The notes under the pieces are model-generated. The model saw only the letters and a list, made by a program, of their open reading frames with translations, was not told the origin of the DNA and did no database searches. The position numbers were made by a program, and so were the translations under genes. Shown here piece after piece: positions 8,977 through 17,874 of a stretch of 64,000 nucleotides of DNA (within the stretch, counting starts at the first letter, position 1; every line of letters starts with the position of its first letter). Source of the DNA: Bacteroidota bacterium (GTDB lineage Bacteria > Bacteroidota > Ignavibacteria > Ignavibacteriales > SURF-24); NCBI GenBank assembly GCA_030706145.1, contig JAUZPB010000006.1, forward strand, positions 5,135-69,134, given 5' to 3'.

Positions 8977-11418
8977 TTATTTTACTGATATGCCGTCTAA
9001 CAGGATTGCGGTGTCGTAGGCGCTGTCGCCTACATCGTGTACGGAAATTGTTAAGCGAACTACTTTCCCTCTGTATGCGGAAACATCAAATTTACTTGTC
9101 ATCCATGGAGTTCCATAAACTCCACCCTGGTCGAATTTAATATCGGATCTGGCTTTAAGATTTCCGGGCGATTCTTTTGTGGCACCGAAATCAATTGCAA
9201 TCTGATCAATAGTTTTTTCCAGCAGAACATTTTCCTGAGCATTAACTTCATTCAAAGTTATTTTGAAACTATCCTGGTATTTTGAGTTAATAAATTCAAG
9301 GAATTCTTCAGAGAGGAAAAGCCATTTTATAGTAAGCTCTGATTCATTTTCTTTTATTCTGAAATCCTGACTGATCGAACCGGATTGTGTAACCGAACCG
9401 AAACCTGTGGAAATAATTCCCATGTTATTGCCTTCCGGAGCTTTTTCAGATCCTATTATTCTTATAACCCTTGCATCTCCGGTATGATCCCAGCCCACGA
9501 TCTCACCAGGTTCGTGTTGTGAATATTCAAATTGCCCATTGATCATTCCTGAAGTAAATCTTACAGGTTCTAAAGTACTGCTGCCATGCATATAAAATTC
9601 GTTAGGATAAGGAGTATTTGTTTTTTTTGATTTAAAGGCATCGAAGATATTCTTTTCACCTACAACAAGGTTTTCAATAAAATCCGGTGCAGTTTCATTT
9701 GCAAATGTTGGAGTTAAATAACCTGTGTAGCCGACATATGCTGATACTCCTTTTTCAAGAAATGCCGTATACTGTTTTGGTATCATATTAGCATATGCCA
9801 TATTCATAGTTGCACTTTCACAGTCCAAAGCAACTACTATAGTCTTGGGAAATTTCTTCAACCACTTCTGAACAAAGGATGGATAAAAACCATAAGTGCT
9901 GCCGGTTTTCAAAGGTATTGTGGTCCACAAAGTACTGGCGATATAAACCCCTGTATTTATAACAACATCCCCCTTATCAAGAAGATCGCGGTAAAGTTGG
10001 CTTTTTTGTGGTGTTACTTCTTCCTTTGATTCCACATACATTCCATAGGCTCCATGGGCCATTAAAATTACCATGCCATAATCATCAAAGTGAAGCGCCT
10101 CAGAGATTGTTGCGTCACCTGCTACAAGGTGTTTTATATAAAGTCCCATTTTATTTTTAGCCAGGCGCTTATCGATCTCTGCAGCAACATCGACTTCCTG
10201 AGCAAAATCATCCTCACAGGCTCCCCAGAGTAAAACGTCCTTATTCAATATGAGATGAGTATCTGCGTCAGCAAAGTTATTTGGGATTATGTGGAATTCA
10301 CCTTTTGTCTGCTCAAATGGTTTAAGTCTGGGGACTCTTGTAGGGTAAATAGTATCCCGACTGCTGAGGGCTGAGGTTCTGCTTAGACCTGAAATGCTAC
10401 TACTGGCCGGTGGACTGCCGCTGCCGATATATAAAGGTTTTCCATTCTGGTCAACTTCCCTTGCGATAATCAGTCCGGACTGGCCCGAAGAATATTTTAC
10501 CAGGATGGTCCTGTCGCCTTCTACTACGACTGATTTTACATTGCTCTGTGTAGTCAGCCATTCAGCGGTTTTGTTAAGAGCAGTTTTTATATCTTTGTTG
10601 TCATAAGCAAAATTATAGAGCTTTTCTGCTGCAGTGGTTTGAAGTTTTTTCTGCTCTTCGTAAACGGCAAGATCCCTCCGTGCAAAAAAGTCTAATGAAT
10701 TAACCGAAGACTTCCCCTCTACAGGACCGGAAGCCTCGTCGGTCTGTGCAACAACTCTGAATCTTTTTGATCCTGTCTGGGATTGTGACATACTAATGAT
10801 ATTATTATAAACATTATCCCCCTGGATATCATCGCCGTGACTTAACACACCGTCATCATAGAGTGTAACTGTTTCAGCTATTATATTATTGCTCTTATCT
10901 ACCTCTACAAGTTTTACCGCCGATACATTCAGGTTTGAAACAGGTGCTATCTCTACCTGAACATGGACATCAGTTGGTTCATTTACCGGAATGCTTGAAG
11001 GAGTAAACTGTGGCTTGCTAAGGAAGTTCAGGTATTTGTTTTTTGTGATCATTATTGTGTCAGAAGAAGATAAACTGGAGTTATCAGTAGCTGTAACAAT
11101 TATGATATTATCTCCCTCCAGCATCGGGATTTCGGCAATTGTCCAGTTATCTGTACCTGTGGCTGTCCCTTTTGTTGAGGAAGATTTCCAGTTAACTTCT
11201 TTAATTGGATTTGCAGAAATTACAATGCCTGCTACAGAGATTTTTTCATTGGTAGTTACATAGCCTTCCTCTGTAGTCGGAGATTGAATAATGACAGAAA
11301 TTGATGGTGAAGACTGCTGAATAGGTTCGGGTTCAGTGGGATTTTTTTTGCAGCTATTAAGAATTACTCCCATGGAAATAGCCGAAGCTAAGACAAAGAG
11401 TAAGATAAAACGATTCAT
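8977..11418 (-). CDS. Large surface lipoprotein with Ig-like and choice-of-anchor-X-like domains
   Basis: Lipobox LNSC. EGDNIIIVTATD Ig motif, LYDDG...DDIQGDNVY motif and a C-terminal beta-sandwich (DVGDSAYDTAILLD). Confidence 0.8.
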   Translation of the reverse strand: MNRFILLFVLASAISMGVILNSCKKNPTEPEPIQQSSPSISVIIQSPTTEEGYVTTNEKISVAGIVISANPIKEVNWKSSSTKGTATGTDNWTIAEIPMLEGDNIIIVTATDNSSLSSSDTIMITKNKYLNFLSKPQFTPSSIPVNEPTDVHVQVEIAPVSNLNVSAVKLVEVDKSNNIIAETVTLYDDGVLSHGDDIQGDNVYNNIISMSQSQTGSKRFRVVAQTDEASGPVEGKSSVNSLDFFARRDLAVYEEQKKLQTTAAEKLYNFAYDNKDIKTALNKTAEWLTTQSNVKSVVVEGDRTILVKYSSGQSGLIIAREVDQNGKPLYIGSGSPPASSSISGLSRTSALSSRDTIYPTRVPRLKPFEQTKGEFHIIPNNFADADTHLILNKDVLLWGACEDDFAQEVDVAAEIDKRLAKNKMGLYIKHLVAGDATISEALHFDDYGMVILMAHGAYGMYVESKEEVTPQKSQLYRDLLDKGDVVINTGVYIASTLWTTIPLKTGSTYGFYPSFVQKWLKKFPKTIVVALDCESATMNMAYANMIPKQYTAFLEKGVSAYVGYTGYLTPTFANETAPDFIENLVVGEKNIFDAFKSKKTNTPYPNEFYMHGSSTLEPVRFTSGMINGQFEYSQHEPGEIVGWDHTGDARVIRIIGSEKAPEGNNMGIISTGFGSVTQSGSISQDFRIKENESELTIKWLFLSEEFLEFINSKYQDSFKITLNEVNAQENVLLEKTIDQIAIDFGATKESPGNLKARSDIKFDQGGVYGTPWMTSKFDVSAYRGKVVRLTISVHDVGDSAYDTAILLDGISVK

Positions 11419-11572
11419 ACTCGCCTCCTGTTTTCAAAGTATTTTAAGAAAACGAAACGGTATTGCTATCGCAGAGGTGTTAATTCGTTTTAGCTATAAG
11501 ATAAAAGTTTCCGGGTAAAAAGCTATTCCATTATGTAATGTTGATAGGGGCAATGGTACAAAATAGCAAACT

Positions 11573-11677
11573 TCCATTACTGGACTCCCATTTGTACTCC
11601 AGATTATCTGATGCTTGAACCGTTTAACCACTATGGATAACAATTTTGTCAGTTTGAAATTGAATAGGGATCATTAA
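11573..11677 (+). repeat. att-like scar A1 (most decayed): hairpin, tRNA 3'-end core TTGTACTCC and conserved arm
   Basis: Aligns with 13068-13177, 15596-15701 and the tRNA-Arg terminator/3' end at 17851-17880. Confidence 0.75.
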
Positions 11678-11735
11678 AGTCCAAGCAATGTTGATGATTA
11701 TGGATTTTTTGCAGATATATTTAAATGAGAAGGCA

Positions 11736-12200
11736 TTAATTCTCCATTGGATTTATTAAATCTTCGGTCATGATTAATTGTAGTGAATCAAGATTTAGTT
11801 TATTATCATTACAATAAATATATCCATCAGGAATTACTGTTATTGTATCACCTTTTTTGATTTTATCATCTATTCTAAAGGCTGTCCTGATTTGTTTTTT
11901 ACCTTCGACTACAATTACTTTTGATTCATCATCAACAAAGTGGCAGGGAATCATTCGACCTTTATATCTGATTGTAAGTGAATCAACATAAAGTTTAACG
12001 CTATTTTCAAGTTTATAGTTTTGATAAAAATCAAAGACATGCCCTTGCCAGTTCTGTAGAGTTATATCAACTTTCCCACATTCAAACTTTACGTTGAGAG
12101 TATCTGAATTAGTATTTAAAGGGATTGAGTAGAAAGTATCACAACCTGAAAGGTAAAAAATACTGAAAATAATTGCAGTGAGAAACAGTTTCAATTTCAA
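11736..12200 (-). CDS. Hypothetical lipoprotein
   Basis: TTG start with GAGG RBS. Lipobox LSGC. Confidence 0.75.
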   Translation of the reverse strand: MKLKLFLTAIIFSIFYLSGCDTFYSIPLNTNSDTLNVKFECGKVDITLQNWQGHVFDFYQNYKLENSVKLYVDSLTIRYKGRMIPCHFVDDESKVIVVEGKKQIRTAFRIDDKIKKGDTITVIPDGYIYCNDNKLNLDSLQLIMTEDLINPMEN

Positions 12201-12306
12201 TTGTTTACCTCAGAAAACAGTAGGCGTATAGGGAATTTAACTGACCTTAAATTAAATGTAATCAGGATTATAGATTTCCCATATTTATTTAAGGGACAAA
12301 GCATAT

Positions 12307-12723
12307 TCATAAGAATTTACTTATTTCACTTTTGAATAAACTATATGTATCTCCAAGATTTTCAACAAGCGGTTCCATTTTCTCTGCATATAGATCCAGA
12401 GCATAAGCATGGCTGAAGAAATGCCTGAATGCCAGATATTGCCCTAAAAGCAATTTGCAATCTTCCGACAATATATTTTCTTTAACAGCTTGATCAATCA
12501 GCTCTTTATGCCAAGATTTTCCGGTGGGAATAGGGATTTGATTGTAAATGAAGACCTGCTTGAATATGTTCTCGACTCCATTATAAAAATTATGAAGAAG
12601 CGCCGCTACACCAGCCAGTTCAAGAACAGATAGGTATGGAAGTTTTACTGATAGAGGCATTTCTTTTAATATCTCATCTATATTCTCAAGTTCGGCCTTT
12701 ATCTTCAGGGATAATTTATCCAT
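12307..12723 (-). CDS. HEPN (HepT-like) ribonuclease toxin
   Basis: RHFFSHAY (R-X4-H-X-Y) motif, LHNFYNGVE and G.SWH. Overlaps the MNT gene. Confidence 0.88.
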   Translation of the reverse strand: MDKLSLKIKAELENIDEILKEMPLSVKLPYLSVLELAGVAALLHNFYNGVENIFKQVFIYNQIPIPTGKSWHKELIDQAVKENILSEDCKLLLGQYLAFRHFFSHAYALDLYAEKMEPLVENLGDTYSLFKSEISKFL

Positions 12724-12985
12724 AGATCAGCAGGCCGTCAGATTTAACCATATCAGTAAGCAAGCTTTTTTTCTTCAGGTCAATCAAGTCGACAGGCTTG
12801 GAGAGACTGAAGATCAGTTCGCTGTAAAACTTAAAAAATATATTATCTGGCAGGCCTTCAACTCCAAGGTCAATGTCATTTGATTCCTTGGATGAATCAA
12901 GGTTTGAGCCGAAAAGATATATCTTCGAAACCTTATACCTTTCAGCTATTTCGAGTAGTATTGTTTTATCTTCATTTGAAATCAT
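12716..12985 (-). CDS. Minimal nucleotidyltransferase (MNT/MntA-like) antitoxin
   Basis: LFGS-X8-DIDL and VDLI motifs, 89 aa. Confidence 0.9.
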   Translation of the reverse strand: MISNEDKTILLEIAERYKVSKIYLFGSNLDSSKESNDIDLGVEGLPDNIFFKFYSELIFSLSKPVDLIDLKKKSLLTDMVKSDGLLIYG

Positions 12986-13067
12986 ACCTCAAAATAGCTC
13001 AAAAAATATATTTTTTCAATATGGAGTGAATTATGAGAATTTGGGCTCAATGACCTAGAATAGCAAT

Positions 13068-13177
13068 AGTCCATTGCTGGACTTTCATTTTTGTGCTCCA
13101 GATTATTTGAAGTTAGAACCTGTATGATGACCACGAATTACAACTTCGCAAGGTTGGGGTTCAATTGTACTGAATAA
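13068..13177 (+). repeat. att-like scar A2: hairpin AGTCCA-TTGC-TGGACT, core TTGTGCTCC and conserved arm
   Basis: agtccattgctggactttcatttttgtgctcc versus the tRNA flank agcccagtagtgggctttcatttgtacccc. Confidence 0.8.
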
Positions 13178-13377
13178 AAGGTACAGACTATACATCCTAA
13201 GGTTAAGTCTTTGCATTAGAAGAGAAATGCATCATATGAGGAAAATTAAGTGTAATCAAATCATGATTTCAGCTCATGCAGACTAAAATATAAAATTTCT
13301 CCATGAAAACTATTTTACTTCATAAAAGGTCAGAAGTGTATTGTCTATCATACATCGGGATAAATGCTCTGTTAATG

Positions 13378-13773
13378 CTACCCTTTTATCTGCACTGCTG
13401 GTTCATGCTTATGCTTTCGGCTGATTCTTAGAGCCAATATGCACGCGTAAACGTTCAAAATCAGTCCAATGAAATAAGGTATCCATACATAAGTGCTCCA
13501 GAAATTCATTACCATAATTGGTTCGAAAAGAAACAATGCATTAATGATAATTGGAGCGTACCAGATGCTTATCCGGAAATTTAAAACCATAAAGAAGCAG
13601 CAGATGGCAGTCGAAATTCCCCAGACTAAGCACGTCTTATTTTCCCCGTAAGCAGTTAACCTGAAAATGCTGTCTGCAATAAACCCAACTGCTGTAGTGC
13701 CTATAAGCGCGAAAAGTGCTAAGGCCAGGGCTGCCAGATGCTGACGCAGTAACTGAGCTTTGCTTTTTTCCAT
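13378..13773 (-). CDS. Hypothetical 4-TM membrane protein
   Basis: ATG with GGAGG RBS. Four hydrophobic segments. Confidence 0.7.
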   Translation of the reverse strand: MEKSKAQLLRQHLAALALALFALIGTTAVGFIADSIFRLTAYGENKTCLVWGISTAICCFFMVLNFRISIWYAPIIINALFLFEPIMVMNFWSTYVWIPYFIGLILNVYACILALRISRKHKHEPAVQIKG

Positions 13774-13806
13774 TTCAACCTCCCAAAAGGAAAAGCCTAT
13801 ATGTTT

Positions 13807-15348
13807 TTATTTCAAAAGGATAAATTTCTTTGCAGCCCTGAAACTGCCAGATTCAAGCTTGTATAAATATATACCGCTTGGTAAGTTGCTTCCATTAAAT
13901 TGGACTGAGTAATTTCCAGCCGGTTTATATTCGTCTACAATTGCAGCAATCTTTTCACCTATTGTATTATAGATCGTGAGCTTTACATCTCCATCTCTTG
14001 CAATCGAATAATTTATAGTAGTGGATGGATTAAAGGGATTTGGATAGTTTTGTGATAAATTATATTCCGATGGAATATTAGAACCGCCCTGTTTGACATC
14101 GGTCAATGTAAAATTGATCAGTATGTTTTTTTGGCCGGGATGTACAAGAATTGGTGTCTGACTCAATCCAGATGGCTGGTTAACTGGAAATATATAATAA
14201 TTGTAAATTTTGCTGCTCACATGAAAAACGAAATTACCATTAGGATCGGTGAACAAATTTGTAGAGGCTGAGTCCTTATTTGATGCACTTAGCTGCATAG
14301 AAAAATTAGGAGGATTTCCATTTAAAGTTACTTTACCGCTTATAGTAGAATTTGATTTGAATATCGTTAGATCATGTGTCAGTGTATTGCCTGAGTTTAC
14401 TGTAGGAAAAGTATAAATTGCCATCATCTGTGTTGTATCAAACTGATCACCGGCGGAAATCTGGATGTTATTTTGCGGTAACTCAGTTGATAGTAAGCCT
14501 ATGCGAAAAGCTCCAGCGGTATCACTCAATCCATAACGGTAATAACTGCCATTGTTCCAGGAAATGAAAGCTGCATCCCTGATTAAAGGAGTGCCATCCT
14601 CGTATCTTGCTGTTCCTTTTATCTCTGCAGAAGCCGCAGTTACGGTAAAGTTTTTGGTTGTATAGTTTGGTGTATTGGGGTTTAAAGTAAATTCATATTC
14701 CATTGGTGAAAGAACAGCCGAGCCAAAGACGAGATTATTGTCGGTAGTAAGACGCCAGGGATTTCCTGTAGTATCGGCATTCATCTGAATTGTAAAGTTC
14801 CCATTTGCATCTGTGAGGGCATCCCAGAACTGAGTAGTCTGTCCATTTCCCTGTGCTTCAAGCGTAAGCATAATATTTTGCTTACTAATTCCCGGTGGTA
14901 CAGAAACAGTACCGGAAATAGTTATTGCAGGTGAAGCTAATTTATTGACAATCCCTGTAACAGTTTTATAATTATTATGGTTTTTGAAAAGCATTATATA
15001 ATGAGCAGGAGCAAGACCAAGTTTTGACTGAAAGAGTACATGCCCGTTTTTTGTTCCATCTATATCCGGCGGTCCATGCTGTCCTTTTGGGTCACCGTCT
15101 ATATGGTTAAAAAATATCCATAAAACATCTGTCGAAGGATTAAGAACGCCATTCTGGTCAGTATCAATCCATATCTCAATGAGTGTGGTATCTCCTGGAG
15201 TAGGAACATCATAGCTCCAACCCAACTGATCGCCGCTTGTAATAGTGAAACTGCTGGTTTGACCGTTAACAAGCAGGTTTGTGATTTGTCCATATGACAT
15301 AGCCGTCAAAATGGACATAAATGTCAGAAAAAGTAATATTTTTTTCAT
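13807..15348 (-). CDS. Secreted beta-sandwich repeat protein with T9SS C-terminal sorting domain
   Basis: Signal peptide, ISG.V...TD.NG.F repeats and LSQNYPNPFNPST...SGIYLYKL...KKFILLK. Confidence 0.85.
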   Translation of the reverse strand: MKKILLFLTFMSILTAMSYGQITNLLVNGQTSSFTITSGDQLGWSYDVPTPGDTTLIEIWIDTDQNGVLNPSTDVLWIFFNHIDGDPKGQHGPPDIDGTKNGHVLFQSKLGLAPAHYIMLFKNHNNYKTVTGIVNKLASPAITISGTVSVPPGISKQNIMLTLEAQGNGQTTQFWDALTDANGNFTIQMNADTTGNPWRLTTDNNLVFGSAVLSPMEYEFTLNPNTPNYTTKNFTVTAASAEIKGTARYEDGTPLIRDAAFISWNNGSYYRYGLSDTAGAFRIGLLSTELPQNNIQISAGDQFDTTQMMAIYTFPTVNSGNTLTHDLTIFKSNSTISGKVTLNGNPPNFSMQLSASNKDSASTNLFTDPNGNFVFHVSSKIYNYYIFPVNQPSGLSQTPILVHPGQKNILINFTLTDVKQGGSNIPSEYNLSQNYPNPFNPSTTINYSIARDGDVKLTIYNTIGEKIAAIVDEYKPAGNYSVQFNGSNLPSGIYLYKLESGSFRAAKKFILLK

Positions 15349-15595
15349 TCTAAGGTCCTCAATTATTTCAATTAATTTAATTAGGGGGGACTTAGAAAAA
15401 AGGTCATAAAATTTGCATTTAATACAGGGAAACCAGAATTAAATAAAAGTGATACTTCTTAAGAGAGTAGATATTAGTTTTGAATTTAAGTCCTGAAAAA
15501 GATCACAACTTATGTGGCCGAAAAGATTATTCTTGATTTTCCGGGTAGCACCTTAATTATTGTCGGGATAGAAAACCACCGCTTATCTTTAAGAC

Positions 15596-15701
15596 AAAGA
15601 AAGCTCAGATAAATGAGTCTTTCTTTTTGTACCCCAGATTATATGACGTTAGAACTTGTTTGTTAAAGATAGATTACAATTTTGCCGGATTGAGGCAATG
15701 A
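15596..15701 (+). repeat. att-like scar A3 (best conserved): hairpin, exact core TTTGTACCCC and conserved arm
   Basis: Core is identical to 17871-17880 (tRNA-Arg 3' end). Arm reads LYPRLYDVRTCLLKIDYNFAGLRQ*. Confidence 0.82.
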
Positions 15702-15707
15702 TTAGTG

Positions 15708-15747
15708 TTGACAAAAGGCACACAATGTTATAAATTGAGATATAACA
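15708..15747 (+). promoter_or_regulatory. Sigma70 promoter of the TA operon with an overlapping operator palindrome
   Basis: TTGACA-17-TAAATT. A perfect inverted repeat TGTTATA-N8-TATAACA (15726-15747) overlaps the -10. Confidence 0.7.
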
Positions 15748-15761
15748 AAATAACATGCCGG

Positions 15762-16034
15762 ATGAAGTATTTCGAATGGAATGAAGCGAAAAATGAGCGG
15801 CTTAAAGATGAAAGAAAGATTTCATTTGAGATTATAATAAGCCAGATTGAGATGGGATACCTTCTCGATGTTTTAAGGCATCCGAATAAGGAGAAATATG
15901 ACGACCAGAAGATATTTGTAGTTGAATATGAAAGTTATGCGTATTTGGTCCCGTTTGTAGAAGATGATGAAAAGGTATTCTTAAAGACAATTATTCCAAG
16001 TAGAAAGACCACAAAGAAGTATTTAGAAGGGTAG
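15762..16034 (+). CDS. BrnT-like toxin
   Basis: MKYFEWNEAKNERLK..R.ISFE and FLKTIIPSRK. Confidence 0.85.
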   Translation: MKYFEWNEAKNERLKDERKISFEIIISQIEMGYLLDVLRHPNKEKYDDQKIFVVEYESYAYLVPFVEDDEKVFLKTIIPSRKTTKKYLEG

Positions 16035-16038
16035 TAAA

Positions 16039-16305
16039 ATGAAAAAGTTGGAGAAAAGTGAGGCAGAGCTCCTGAAGTCTGTTGAAGATGGCGAATGGCA
16101 GTCAGTAGGGGGTGAGAAAAAGAAAGCTGAATACGAACGTTATGCAAAAAATACTGCGGCCAAGAATAAAAGGATAAACATACGTTTATCGGAAAAGGAC
16201 CTTGCCAACCTAAAGGCTAAATCTCTGGAAGAGGGGATTCCGTATCAGACACTTATCGCCAGTATTATTCATAAATATGTACATGGAAAGTTCAGAGAAA
16301 TCTGA
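16039..16305 (+). CDS. CopG/BrnA-like RHH antitoxin
   Basis: RINIRLS..DL..LK.K...EGIPYQTLI. Confidence 0.85.
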   Translation: MKKLEKSEAELLKSVEDGEWQSVGGEKKKAEYERYAKNTAAKNKRINIRLSEKDLANLKAKSLEEGIPYQTLIASIIHKYVHGKFREI

Positions 16306-16327
16306 GCTGTAAACAGGTTTTTAAAAC

Positions 16328-16357
16328 AAATAATCCCGGCGTGGACCGGGATTATTT
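16328..16357. terminator. Bidirectional terminator between convergent genes
   Basis: AAATAATCCCGG-CGTGGA-CCGGGATTATTT. Confidence 0.85.
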
Positions 16358-16368
16358 TGCTTATACTG

Positions 16369-17355
16369 TTATAAATTATTCTTCATAAATTTTTCATATC
16401 CGCTTAACCTGAAAACCTCGCCGGGAGAGAGGTTGTAAATATCTTTCCAGGATTCTGCTCCGTTATTGTTTATGTAGGCCTGGCAAATCCTGAAGCCTAT
16501 GAAATAAGCTATCCTGTCGGGAGCCCCGTCAAAGATAAACCGGTGGGCTCTGGCAAATTTATTTTTCATATTATCATCAGTTGAATCCAATCGGCCCTTT
16601 GTATAATCATATATCTTGTTTTCGTTGTTTATGCACCATTGCCATTCTTTATCTGTAAAACCTATGTTTTTAGCCGGAGATATTTTTTTATCCCAATACA
16701 AGTAATTAACAAAACAGGAGAATCCTTCATTTATAATTCTGCATAATAAGGTCCCGTCATCAGCCTGAATTTTGCCCATTATCTGATGATTGATTTCATG
16801 GGGCAATGCAAATAATAGCTGTTCGTATCCTTCACCCCCGATGCCGAAAAAATCTGCAAACATTCCTATATTTGCAAGGCCTTCCATATTAGCTGCCTTA
16901 TTCCCATATATCAGATACCATTTCCCCTCAGGCACTCTGCCTGTCAGTTGTTTTAATTTGCCGGCAGTTGCAGTGAACACTGAATCGAAGTCAACTTGAA
17001 ATGGGATTAAAAAGCCGGGGGTCGCAGAGCTAATCAAATTTTCCCAGTTTTTGCCGGTCCACTCTTTAAAACCCTGTTCATCAAAAAATCCGTTCCAGAA
17101 ATCCTCACAAGGGAAGTAAACGTCCTTAATAAATTGTGCGATTCTTTCCTCTCTGCCTTTGCCCTTAGAATTGTACACCGATATGACTTCTTGTTTATAG
17201 ATATTAAACACCTGAACTTGACCGTTCAAAATGGACAGATGAATCTGCGGCTTTTTCTGAACAAGGGAATAGAACTTTTCAAAATCATCCTGAGGAAAGC
17301 CTGAAGAGCTGAAAGCCAGGGCAGCAAGAACACTAATAAGAATAAACTTCCACAT
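16369..17355 (-). CDS. Secreted putative Zn metalloprotease (DUF2268/GldB-like)
   Basis: Signal peptide, HEINH (HExxH) plus INEG, and PDRIAYFIGFRI. Confidence 0.75.
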   Translation of the reverse strand: MWKFILISVLAALAFSSSGFPQDDFEKFYSLVQKKPQIHLSILNGQVQVFNIYKQEVISVYNSKGKGREERIAQFIKDVYFPCEDFWNGFFDEQGFKEWTGKNWENLISSATPGFLIPFQVDFDSVFTATAGKLKQLTGRVPEGKWYLIYGNKAANMEGLANIGMFADFFGIGGEGYEQLLFALPHEINHQIMGKIQADDGTLLCRIINEGFSCFVNYLYWDKKISPAKNIGFTDKEWQWCINNENKIYDYTKGRLDSTDDNMKNKFARAHRFIFDGAPDRIAYFIGFRICQAYINNNGAESWKDIYNLSPGEVFRLSGYEKFMKNNL

Positions 17356-17496
17356 TGTTCCTCCAGATATAATTAGGTCGGAAGTATTATGTATCCTTAG
17401 ATTTCTATCAAGTTATTACAGGGGGAAGGGGAAAATAGTGATTTTGTCAAATAAATACAGAATAATCTTTAAAGTATTTTCAGGCTGTGAATCCAT

Positions 17497-17729
17497 AAGT
17501 TTCCCATTTGATGATGGATTGCCTAAAGCTCTTTTAGTCCTGTTTCCCACCCGTCTGTTATTTGCCCGGGACTGACCTGTCGTGCTTCGCCAGTCATGTC
17601 GAATAAGACGCTTGGGGCAAAGCACTCCCGGACTTTGTCCCAATTGCGCTTATCCGTATTAATTACCATGAGGTTTATGACTTTGGTTATTTCGTCCTTT
17701 GCAATAAGATCAGCCAATGCTTTTTCCAT
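17497..17729 (-). pseudogene. Truncated copy of the SnoaL-like gene at 8327-8773
   Basis: Clear nucleotide paralogue. AAG>TAG at 17523-17525, and homology is lost after ...HHQMGN. Confidence 0.85.
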
Positions 17730-17843
17730 GCCTGGTCCCCTGTATTTGTTTTCTTTGGAATAAAATAATATACATAATAGCATTCTGAAGCTCTAGTGCA
17801 GAGTTTATAGACAATATACCGGGTAGGATGGTGTGGTTTAAAA

Positions 17844-17870
17844 TGAGAAAAGCCCAGTAGTGGGCTTTCA
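17844..17870 (-). terminator. tRNA terminator
   Basis: Minus strand AAAGCCCA-CTAC-TGGGCTTT followed by TCTCATTTT. Confidence 0.8.
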
Positions 17871-17874
17871 TTTG

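Larger units (their letters stand above)
11592..17874. mobile_element. tRNA-Arg-anchored array of at least 3 integrase-less cassettes (accessory region may extend left to ~5640)
   Basis: Three att-like scars, TA and secreted-protein cargo, and position at the tRNA 3' end. Confidence 0.65.

Noticed and set aside
11573-15701. The three repeats as integron attC sites
   Set aside because: There are no paired RYYYAAC/GTTRRRY ends or long imperfect palindrome, and no intI. The match to the tRNA 3' end and terminator explains them better.
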